Source: Candidatus Nanopusillus sp. (lineage in GTDB: Archaea > Nanobdellota > Nanobdellia > Nanobdellales > Nanobdellaceae). From it: a stretch of 12,777 bases of DNA. The stretch covers positions 1 through 12,777 of the forward strand of contig JAWDOO010000013.1 of the NCBI GenBank assembly GCA_046533775.1, read 5' to 3'. Below, one piece after another: positions 1 through 6,329 of this stretch. Positions within the stretch are counted from its first letter, which is position 1, and each line of letters opens with the position of its first letter. A program made the translations under genes and the position numbers. The notes beneath the pieces were generated by a model. That model searched no databases. It was not told where the DNA came from and worked only from the letters and a program-made list of their open reading frames with translations.

Positions 1-377
1 GGAAACTTATTTCCCTTAGAAACATTAACAGAAACAATTACAACTTTATTAGGATCTAAACCTATATTTTTTGCATTATTTTCTAAAGAATTTAATAATT
101 TAATGAAATATTTTGAAACCTTAATTGGATATCTTCCATATGGAACTTTTCCCATTACATTTTTATGGTGTGCCTGTTTTTTATGATATCTATAATATGG
201 AACTGCAACCTTTTTTTCAATAACCATTTCTAAATATTTTTTTGCATATGGTATTGTCAAATATTTAATAAATTTCCCAACCATTTCAGAATCTTTTCTA
301 GATATTGGTAAATTATTAGATGATACAGTAACAATTTTTTTATTCTCTTTTAATAATGATACTAGTTTTGAATCCAT
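1..377 (-). CDS. rpl22: 50S ribosomal protein uL22 (L22p/L17e family), N-terminal ~125 aa; 3' end runs off the window
   Basis: Not in the ORF track because it is open at the window edge. Minus-strand translation from ATG (377-375) has no stops: MDSKLVSLLKENKKIVTVSSNNLPISRKDSEMVGKFIKYLTIPYAKKYLEMVIEKKVAVPYYRYHKKQAHHKNVMGKVPYGRYPIKVSKYFIKLLNSLENNAKNIGLDPNKVVIVSVNVSKGNKF... The pattern ISRK..., A.KYL..VI....VP, H...G...GRYP.K......KLL.N...NA..GLD is typical of archaeal uL22. Confidence 0.85.
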   Translation of the reverse strand, partial: MDSKLVSLLKENKKIVTVSSNNLPISRKDSEMVGKFIKYLTIPYAKKYLEMVIEKKVAVPYYRYHKKQAHHKNVMGKVPYGRYPIKVSKYFIKLLNSLENNAKNIGLDPNKVVIVSVNVSKGNKF

Positions 378-419
378 TTAGACATCTATATATAAAAATA
401 TTTATAAAATATATAATAT

Positions 420-812
420 ATGCTAGATAGGTTTTTTGAATTATTTGTAATCATTTTAGTAATATTTTTTATTACTTTATTATTAATGGAAAAAGTCTCT
501 TATATTTATAATATTAATGAAAAATATCAAATTATATATAATCAATTTATGGATGGAAGAGTTTTAATTAAGGAAATTACAGAACAGTATACTAACAATA
601 TTTGTAATTTAACATCAAATAATTTTAATCCAAATATAATGGATAATTTAGCAAGTTTTCCGTATGAAATAATATATGAAAATTTAAGTAATATTAGTCA
701 AGAATATATTTTTAGTAATGATAATATAACAAACATGCAAAATTATATAGAATTTAATAGGGTTTGTTATTATGATGGCTCATTATTTTTAGTTAGTGTA
801 TTGGTTCAATGA
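420..812 (+). CDS. hypothetical small membrane-anchored/secreted protein, pilin-like N-terminus (1 of 3 tandem)
   Basis: ORF track, 130 aa. ATG at 420; TGA at 810-812 overlaps the next ATG (ATGA). N-terminus MLDRFFELFVIILVIFFITLLLM is a short charged leader followed by ~20 hydrophobic residues. The rest is N/Y/I-rich with 4 N-x-S/T sequons (NLT, NLS, NIS, NIT). A 130-codon stop-free frame in DNA this AT-rich is unlikely by chance. No family recognised. Confidence 0.55.
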   Translation: MLDRFFELFVIILVIFFITLLLMEKVSYIYNINEKYQIIYNQFMDGRVLIKEITEQYTNNICNLTSNNFNPNIMDNLASFPYEIIYENLSNISQEYIFSNDNITNMQNYIEFNRVCYYDGSLFLVSVLVQ

Positions 813-1153
813 GATCATTTAGTATATCAATATTTATTGAATTGATAGTTGTAATAATTGTTTTATATTTTATTTTAACTTCAACATATTATAGTAATTT
901 TTATATTAGAGGATATAATAAAGAAGATCTATATGCATCATTAATATCAATAAATTATATGGATCTAAATAATACACAACAACTAAACAATAGTTTGTAT
1001 CAAATTGTTACAAATATTTTACCATATTATTATGTTGAAATAAATGGACAGGTTGTATTTAATAATATAAATTTAAATGAAGCTGAGCAAGGAATTGAAA
1101 CATTTTATATTATTAATGGCTCAATAGATTATGTAAATATATATTGGGAATGA
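809..1153 (+). CDS. hypothetical small membrane-anchored/secreted protein, pilin-like N-terminus (2 of 3 tandem)
   Basis: ORF track, 114 aa. ATG at 809 sits in an ATGA overlap with the upstream stop. N-terminus MRSFSISIFIELIVVIIVLYFIL has R-S followed by a long hydrophobic helix containing a Glu. Three sequons (NNT, NNS, NGS). Stop TGA 1151-1153 overlaps the next ATG. Confidence 0.6.
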   Translation: MRSFSISIFIELIVVIIVLYFILTSTYYSNFYIRGYNKEDLYASLISINYMDLNNTQQLNNSLYQIVTNILPYYYVEINGQVVFNNINLNEAEQGIETFYIINGSIDYVNIYWE

Positions 1154-1428
1154 GATCCCAATTTATTCTATTATATTTAATTTTAATATTATTTATTACA
1201 TTATACTTTATTTCAAATTTGCAAAATAATTTCTATTATCAACCAAATATTGGTGAATATATTGCAGAAGATTTTTATGTTAAATTATTATTATATCCAA
1301 ATTATTCTTCCATTATAAATCAAACATATTATAATATCTGTTTAGAAGAGAATATAACGTGTTATGATAATGGAACAAATATAATAGTTATAACCCAAAA
1401 TTCTGAATATATATTAAATAACCCATAG
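1150..1428 (+). CDS. hypothetical small membrane-anchored/secreted protein, pilin-like N-terminus (3 of 3 tandem)
   Basis: The track starts at TTG 1144 (MGMRS...). I prefer ATG 1150, which reproduces the same AATGAGATC stop/start junction and the same MRS- start as the upstream gene: MRSQFILLYLILILFITLYFISN... Four sequons (NYS, NQT, NIT, NGT). The TAG stop at 1426-1428 shares its G with tRNA position 1. Confidence 0.55.
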   Translation: MRSQFILLYLILILFITLYFISNLQNNFYYQPNIGEYIAEDFYVKLLLYPNYSSIINQTYYNICLEENITCYDNGTNIIVITQNSEYILNNP

Positions 1429-1502
1429 CCCCCGTCGTCTAGTCAGGTCTAGGATACGGGGTCCTCATCCCCGAGACCCGGGTTCAAATCCCGGTGGGGG
1501 CA
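1428..1502 (+). tRNA. tRNA-Glu (anticodon CUC), no encoded CCA
   Basis: Cloverleaf drawn by hand. Acceptor GCCCCCG (1428-1434) / UGGGGGC (1495-1501, one G-U). D stem GUCU/GGAU. Anticodon stem CGGGG (1457-1461) / CCCCG (1469-1473) with 7-nt loop UCCUCAU, giving anticodon CUC at 1464-1466. 4-nt variable loop AGAC, as is usual for tRNA-Glu. T arm CCGGG-UUCAAAU-CCCGG (1478-1494). Discriminator A1502. By my count 49 of 75 nt are G+C, in an AT-rich context. Confidence 0.9.
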
Positions 1503-1511
1503 AATTTGAAG

Positions 1512-1516
1512 TTTTT
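1512..1516 (+). terminator. oligo-T tract downstream of tRNA-Glu (candidate archaeal terminator)
   Basis: TTTTT lies 10 nt after the tRNA discriminator base. Archaeal RNA polymerase terminates at oligo-T runs. T-runs are common in this AT-rich DNA, so specificity is weak. Confidence 0.35.
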
Positions 1517-1618
1517 AATTAATATATTATTTTTAGTAGTATTTAGATATTCATTCATAATAAGTGGCCAATTTAATTAAACTTAATATTTTTATAAAAT
1601 ATAAATTAAGAAAAAATT

Positions 1619-1822
1619 TTATTGTCCAGCCCAAACATATTTTCCACCTTGTTCCTTTATCATTCCTTTATTTACGTATCTTGTAATTAATGCTTTTACA
1701 ACTGATGGTTTCTTTCCTAATTTGTTTGCTATTTGTTGTGCTATTTTATCTACTTCATCCTTTGATACACCCTTTTTAAATGCAGATTCTACCTCTGCTC
1801 TTAATTGAGATTGTGTTACCAT
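1619..1822 (-). CDS. small (67 aa) basic protein, winged-helix-like (hypothetical DNA/RNA-binding)
   Basis: ORF track: MVTQSQLRAEVESAFKKGVSKDEVDKIAQQIANKLGKKPSVVKALITRYVNKGMIKEQGGKYVWAGQ. The predicted pattern is helix-helix-helix followed by a GG-containing beta hairpin (MIKEQGGKYVW), as in wHTH domains. Codon composition is visibly less AT-biased than neighbouring genes. No family confidently recognised (not a histone fold, Alba or Sul7d). Confidence 0.65.
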   Translation of the reverse strand: MVTQSQLRAEVESAFKKGVSKDEVDKIAQQIANKLGKKPSVVKALITRYVNKGMIKEQGGKYVWAGQ

Positions 1823-1874
1823 AAAGAATATATAGGTGAAATGATTATAAACTTTAAATAAAAAATTTTATAAA

Positions 1875-2345
1875 CTATTTATTTAAAACCTCTTTTTCAT
1901 TCTTTAATATTCCTAAATCCTTAAGATAAATTAAAATAGCTCTTTTACTCTTAAACTCATTACTTTTAGCTCTTTTATATAAATTCCTATATAACTTTTT
2001 ATCAATTATATTCTTCTCCTTTAATTCTCTTAATAAATTCCTTATTGCTCTTATTCTTCTAATCCAATTTTCTTTCTTGTCTAATCTAGCTTTTCTACCT
2101 CCTTTTCTAGATCCTGCTCCTCTTCTCCTTCCTTTTTTCTTTTGTTCTTTAATATAATTTGCCCATGTTCTAGACTGACCTTTAACTTTTTTTACTCTTA
2201 TTATTCCTTTATCAATTAAATCTAAAATGTCAGATCTACTTAAAGCTTTAGATACATCTTGTATTTTACTAGGATCTATCCATATCCTATCTTTTCCAAC
2301 ACCAAGGATTTCAGATGCTAATCTCTTTTGTAATGATAGATCCAT
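1875..2345 (-). CDS. rpl19e: 50S ribosomal protein eL19 (L19e)
   Basis: 156 aa: MDLSLQKRLASEILGVGKDRIWIDP...KGQSR...GRRRGAGSRKGGRKARLDKKENWIRRIRAIRNLLRELKE. This is the canonical L19e N-terminal (QKRLA..vLgvG..rvW.DP) and basic central motif. The ATG overlaps the uL15 stop (TAATG). Confidence 0.95.
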   Translation of the reverse strand: MDLSLQKRLASEILGVGKDRIWIDPSKIQDVSKALSRSDILDLIDKGIIRVKKVKGQSRTWANYIKEQKKKGRRRGAGSRKGGRKARLDKKENWIRRIRAIRNLLRELKEKNIIDKKLYRNLYKRAKSNEFKSKRAILIYLKDLGILKNEKEVLNK

Positions 2346-2791
2346 TATTTAATTATTACCTCTCCACCAATGTTTTTAACCTTTTCTATTGCTCCTTTTG
2401 ATGCTTCTCTTACATATATTTTCATTTTTTTGCTAATTTTTCCAGCCCCCAATAGTTTATCAACACCAATTTCATCTAAATCTATTACATAATATTCTCC
2501 TTCATTTTTTATTATTCCTTCCGATAATAAATAATCGAAATATTCTTCTATATCTCTTAAATTAATTATAGATTTTTCAATATTATATTTAATACTTGTA
2601 AATCCTTTTTTATCTTCAAATCTTTCTGGATATTCTTTAATTAATTTAATATATTTCTGTTTCTTAAACCTCCATCCAGAGAAACCCGCACCACCCCTAT
2701 TTCCTCTACCTCTATTTCTATCATTATATCCCCTTCTAGCATATCTTTGTCCAAGATATTTCCTATATTTTCTCTTTCTATGAGCGACCAT
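2345..2791 (-). CDS. rpl15: 50S ribosomal protein uL15 (L15p/L27Ae family)
   Basis: 148 aa. Basic Gly/Arg-rich N-terminus (RKRKYRKYLGQRYARRGYNDRNRGRGNRGGAG). C-terminus ...VIDLDEIGVDKLLGAGKISKKMKIYVREASKGAIEKVKNIGGEVI matches the uL15 K(V/L)LG.G.i....v.....S..A.ekIe.aGG pattern. Confidence 0.9.
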   Translation of the reverse strand: MVAHRKRKYRKYLGQRYARRGYNDRNRGRGNRGGAGFSGWRFKKQKYIKLIKEYPERFEDKKGFTSIKYNIEKSIINLRDIEEYFDYLLSEGIIKNEGEYYVIDLDEIGVDKLLGAGKISKKMKIYVREASKGAIEKVKNIGGEVIIK

Positions 2792-2834
2792 AGATAACCA
2801 AATATTTTATTAAACAATTTTTAAATTTAATATA

Positions 2835-4124
2835 ATGTATAATTTGCCATCAGGATTAAGAGATTTTCCTACTGAAATAAAAATATTAAGAAATAAAATA
2901 TTTAGTAAAATAGAAGAAATATTTCAAAGATTTGGATTTGATCCAATAGAAACTCCAACAATAGAATATTGGGATACAATGAAAGGGAAATATGGAGAAG
3001 AAGCAGAAAATAAATTAATATGGAGATTTAAATTACCATATTCAGATAAAGAATATGCATTAAGATATGACCAAACAGTACCTTTAGCAAGATTTTTTTC
3101 AAATCATAGACCAGCTTTACCATTTAAAAGATATGTAATAGACAAATCTTATAGATATGAAAATCCACAAAAGGGAAGATATAGAGAGTTTTACCAGGCA
3201 GATTTTGATATAGTGGGATCAAAGGAGCCAGAATCTGATGCAGAGATATTAAATATTGTAAATTTTATATTTAAGGAATTTAATTTTTCGAATTATAAAA
3301 TTATAATAAATGATAGAGAATTTCTAAGATTTGTCTTTGAGAAAAATTTAAATATAAATGAAGAAAAAATAAAGAAAGTATATACAATAATAGATAAGTT
3401 AGATAAAATTGGAATAGAAAATATAAAAAGAGAGTTAAATAATGTTGTTGGAGAATTATCTGATAAAATTGTTGAAATAATATCATTAAGGAACCAAGAA
3501 TTAATTGATTATTTATCAAAATATGAAGAAATATCAAAAGAAATAAATTATTTTAATAATATTTTAGATCTATTAAATGATAAAAGTAAAATAGAAATAA
3601 ATTTATCATTAGTAAGAGGTTTAGATTATTATACTGGTATGATATATGAAGCGATTGTTGAAAAACCAAGAATTGGATCCTTATCTGGTGGAGGAAGATA
3701 TGATAATTTGTTAAAATTATTTACAAATGAAGAAATACCTGCTGTTGGCGGAAGTATTGGAGTAGAAAGATTAATTGATGCAGGAATAGAATTGGGAATA
3801 TTTAAGATTGATAAAAAAACATATACAGAAATATGTGTAGTATATTTTGAAAATACATTTAAAGATGCATGGAATATATGTAATAAATTGAGAGAAATTG
3901 GATTAAATTGTTATATTGATTTAATGAGAAGAGATTTTAATAAGCAAATAAAATATGCAGTAGATAAAGATATAAGGTTCTTATTAATTGTTGGAAAAAA
4001 AGAATTATCAGAGAATAGTGTTTTATTACAAGATAGAGATACAAAGGAAAGAATTAAAATTTCAATTAATAATTTGGAAGATATCTACAGAATAGTAAAA
4101 AATAGGATTGACAATAGACATTGA
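2835..4124 (+). CDS. hisS: histidyl-tRNA synthetase (class IIa)
   Basis: 429 aa. G.RDF.P start; motif 1 region FGF.PIETP; RYD.TVPLARF; motif 2 FKRY.I...YRYE.PQKGRYREFYQ.DFDIVG; LVRGLDYYTG.IYE; motif 3 GGGRYD.L; C-terminal anticodon-binding domain (LLIVGKKELSENSVLLQDRDT). Confidence 0.95.
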   Translation: MYNLPSGLRDFPTEIKILRNKIFSKIEEIFQRFGFDPIETPTIEYWDTMKGKYGEEAENKLIWRFKLPYSDKEYALRYDQTVPLARFFSNHRPALPFKRYVIDKSYRYENPQKGRYREFYQADFDIVGSKEPESDAEILNIVNFIFKEFNFSNYKIIINDREFLRFVFEKNLNINEEKIKKVYTIIDKLDKIGIENIKRELNNVVGELSDKIVEIISLRNQELIDYLSKYEEISKEINYFNNILDLLNDKSKIEINLSLVRGLDYYTGMIYEAIVEKPRIGSLSGGGRYDNLLKLFTNEEIPAVGGSIGVERLIDAGIELGIFKIDKKTYTEICVVYFENTFKDAWNICNKLREIGLNCYIDLMRRDFNKQIKYAVDKDIRFLLIVGKKELSENSVLLQDRDTKERIKISINNLEDIYRIVKNRIDNRH

Positions 4125-4197
4125 TAGGTTATTAATATTATAAATATTTTTTATTAGGATAAAGAAAATCTTAAAAATTCTATTTATAAAATTTATT

Positions 4198-4303
4198 AAA
4201 GTAAAATTTATAAATTTCAAAAGAGTATATATAAACACTAGTTTATACAAAAATAAAAAGTGGTGCTATATATTATGCTTTTGAAATTTATAAATTTTAC
4301 TTT
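4198..4303. repeat. perfect 26-bp inverted repeat (arms 4198-4223 and 4278-4303) with 54-nt spacer containing a nested 7-bp hairpin
   Basis: Arm 1 is AAAGTAAAATTTATAAATTTCAAAAG. Arm 2 is CTTTTGAAATTTATAAATTTTACTTT, its exact reverse complement. Each arm contains the 14-nt palindrome AAATTTATAAATTT (4204-4217 in arm 1). The spacer holds TATAAAC-ACTA-GTTTATA (4230-4247). The repeat lies between convergent hisS and the GT2 gene, and arm 2 covers the GT2 stop codon (4297-4299). Confidence 0.9.
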
Positions 4304-5355
4304 CCATATACAATACCTTTTGTAAATACCCAATTAATTATAGCAGCAATAAATATTGCAATAAGTTGTGATATCAAGTAATTTATTCCAAATATATAAT
4401 AAAATAATAAGGCAGACAAATATTGAACAGGTTTTGATAATAAACTTCTTCCTCCAAAAAATAATAAAAATCTTTCTAAAAGTTTTCTCTTTTTAATTTT
4501 AAATACAAATAAATCATTTAAAATGAAATTCCATATAATTGAAATTAAAATTGCTAGGAAAGAGGAAATATAAAAAGGAAAATAAAATATTAATAAGTAT
4601 AAAGCTAATAAGTTAATAAAAATTCCAGATAATCCTACCAAATAGAACTTTATAAATTGAGAAATATTGAATAATAAAAAAATCTGTTTTAAATATGAAA
4701 AAATTATCTTTTTATCTAATTTAGATTTTCCATGTTTTCTCTCTTTAAATGTATATGGTATTTCTATTAATTTATTATAATTTACTTTTACTAATATATC
4801 TAATAGAACCTTATAACTAAAGGGATCGGAAATTTTAAAGTTATTTAATAATTCCTTTTTTATTAAAAAATATCCACTTAATGGATCCTTTACTTTTAAT
4901 GTTTCTGGTAGAAAAATATATGCAATAAATATCGCAGTTTTTGATATAAGTTCTCTTATAATATTCCAATTCTCTATTTTTCCTCCTTTAACATATCTTG
5001 ATGCGATAACCAAATCATAACCCTCTAAAGCCTTTTCATACATTTTTCTTAATAATTCTGGGGGATGTTGTAGATCAGCATCCATTAGTACAATATATTT
5101 TCCATTAGAATTTTTTACTCCATCTAAAAAAGCAGAAGATAAACCTTTTCTATATTTCCTTTCAATGATTTTTATATTTTTATATTTTCCTTTTAATTTT
5201 TCTATTTCTTCAATTGTCCCATCTTTTGATCCATCGTCTACAAAAATTACTTCATATTTTATATCATTTAAGCTTTCTTTTATTCTTTCTACTAACTCAT
5301 TAATATTTTCTTTTTCATTTAATGTTGGTATTATTATTGATATATCTATATTCAT
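4297..5355 (-). CDS. GT2-family glycosyltransferase (dolichyl-phosphate hexose synthase/Dpm1-AglD-like) fused to a C-terminal GtrA-like membrane domain
   Basis: 352 aa. N-terminus SIIIPTLNEKENI...VIFVDDGSKDGT...MDADLQHPP is the GT-A fold DxD/DAD signature of Dpm1-like GT2 enzymes. The C-terminal ~120 aa (FIKFYLVGLSGIFINLLALYLL...IIWNFILNDLFVF...AAIINWVFTKGIVY) matches the 4-TM GtrA-like pattern. Confidence 0.9.
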   Translation of the reverse strand: MNIDISIIIPTLNEKENINELVERIKESLNDIKYEVIFVDDGSKDGTIEEIEKLKGKYKNIKIIERKYRKGLSSAFLDGVKNSNGKYIVLMDADLQHPPELLRKMYEKALEGYDLVIASRYVKGGKIENWNIIRELISKTAIFIAYIFLPETLKVKDPLSGYFLIKKELLNNFKISDPFSYKVLLDILVKVNYNKLIEIPYTFKERKHGKSKLDKKIIFSYLKQIFLLFNISQFIKFYLVGLSGIFINLLALYLLIFYFPFYISSFLAILISIIWNFILNDLFVFKIKKRKLLERFLLFFGGRSLLSKPVQYLSALLFYYIFGINYLISQLIAIFIAAIINWVFTKGIVYGK

Positions 5356-5411
5356 CGATTATTTTAAGTCCTTTATTTACTTTAAAAATATTTTCTTTAT
5401 ATTATCATTAA

Positions 5412-5576
5412 ATGACAAGATTGGGTGGTACAAATAAAGTAAATCATGTTATATGTAGAAGATGCGGTAGAAAAACATATAATCCTGATAAGGGATATTG
5501 TTCACACTGTGGATTTGGAAGAAGTAGCAAAATAAGGGCCTATGCATGGTCATATAAATTTAAAAGAAAATGGTAG
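5412..5576 (+). CDS. rpl37e: 50S ribosomal protein eL37 (L37e), zinc-ribbon
   Basis: Below the ORF-track size cutoff; found by hand. ATG 5412, TAG 5574-5576, 54 aa: MTRLGGTNKVNHVICRRCGRKTYNPDKGYCSHCGFGRSSKIRAYAWSYKFKRKW. It has the canonical L37e H..CRRCG...Y......C..CG(F/Y) CxxC...CxxC pattern. It overlaps the uS5 ATG (5570) by 7 nt. Confidence 0.9.
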   Translation: MTRLGGTNKVNHVICRRCGRKTYNPDKGYCSHCGFGRSSKIRAYAWSYKFKRKW

Positions 5577-6328
5577 AAGAACAAAAAGAAGTTGAAGAAG
5601 TAAAGAAAGAGCAGGAGGCTTTAGAAAAAATAGGATCACAAAAGTTTAATTTGGAATCTTGGAATCCAAAAACAAATCTTGGTAAATTGGTAAAAGAGGG
5701 AAAAATAACTTCAATTGAGCAAGTATTTAAAAATGGGTATAAAATATTGGAACCAGAAATTGTAGATGCATTAATACCAGATTTAAAATATGAATATATT
5801 AGATTATCATTATCTAAAGGTAAATATAGAAGGCCAAAGTTTGTAAAGATGGTTCAAAGAAAAACTGCTGAAGGTAATAAAACATCTTGGGTTTCTGTTG
5901 CTGTTGTTGGAAATGAAAATGGATATGTTGGGGTTGGAATGGGAAAATCTTCAGATATTGCTTTATGTATGGAAAAGGCATTAAGAAATGCAAAATTAAA
6001 TATTATACCAATTGCTAGGGGCTGTGGATCATGGGAATGTGCATTTAAGACACCACATTCTTTACCATTTAAAGTTGAAGGATCTTATGGTTCTGTAAGG
6101 GTTATATTATTACCAGCTCCAAGAGGGGTTGGATTGGTAGCACCAGAAGAAATGAAAAAGATATTTAAACTAGCAGGTATAAAAGATCTATGGATGAAAT
6201 CTTTTGGACAGACTAGGAGAAGATATAACTTCGCAATGGCAATTTATAATGCATTAAGAAAAACAGTAGAATATAGAATTAAGGAAGAATATGCAAAATA
6301 TTCTGGATTAAAGATTGGATTTGTATAA
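5570..6328 (+). CDS. rps5: 30S ribosomal protein uS5
   Basis: 252 aa. W.P.T.LG.LV.EGKITS.E dsRBD-like N-domain; core VAVVGNENGYVGVGMGKSSDIALCMEKALRNAKLNIIPI...GSVRVILLPAPRGVGLVA. Glu/Lys-rich N-terminal extension. Confidence 0.95.
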   Translation: MVEEQKEVEEVKKEQEALEKIGSQKFNLESWNPKTNLGKLVKEGKITSIEQVFKNGYKILEPEIVDALIPDLKYEYIRLSLSKGKYRRPKFVKMVQRKTAEGNKTSWVSVAVVGNENGYVGVGMGKSSDIALCMEKALRNAKLNIIPIARGCGSWECAFKTPHSLPFKVEGSYGSVRVILLPAPRGVGLVAPEEMKKIFKLAGIKDLWMKSFGQTRRRYNFAMAIYNALRKTVEYRIKEEYAKYSGLKIGFV

Positions 6329-6329
6329 A

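Noticed and set aside
378-419. Calling individual TATA boxes or BRE elements in every short divergent gap (378-419, 2792-2834, 5356-5411, 9450-9487)
   Set aside because: TATA-like octamers occur almost everywhere in DNA of this composition. Only the mirror-symmetric pair at 11969-11995 has spacing and symmetry strong enough to report. The others are plausible but cannot be distinguished from background by eye.
1144-1149. TTG start for the third small protein (MGMRS...) given in the track
   Set aside because: ATG at 1150 gives the same ATGA stop/start coupling and the same MRS- N-terminus as the preceding paralogue, so the TTG extension is less likely.
1428-1618. Integrated mobile element using tRNA-Glu as an attachment site
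   Set aside because: No integrase or transposase gene is present. No second copy of the GC-rich tRNA 3' segment exists anywhere in the window, where it would stand out in this AT-rich DNA. Flanking genes are housekeeping.
3301-3537. 78-aa minus-strand ORF from the track
   Set aside because: It lies entirely antisense to the well-supported hisS gene. Its translation is a low-complexity L/F/I/Y string typical of antisense AT-rich coding DNA.
4062-4250. 62-aa minus-strand ORF from the track
   Set aside because: It overlaps the hisS 3' end and the inverted-repeat region. The composition is low-complexity I/F/N/K, with no motif and no plausible start context. The inverted repeat explains this region better.
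5165-5437. 90-aa plus-strand ORF from the track
   Set aside because: It is antisense to the N-terminal catalytic domain of the GT2 gene and runs into the eL37 gene in a different frame. Its translation is a low-complexity F/S/I string.
6315-6329. TTG start for uL30 (MDLYK-MGLL...) overlapping uS5 by 14 nt
   Set aside because: ATG at 6330 lies 2 nt after the uS5 stop, and uL30 homology begins right there. The TTG extension adds five non-conserved residues. It is not excluded.
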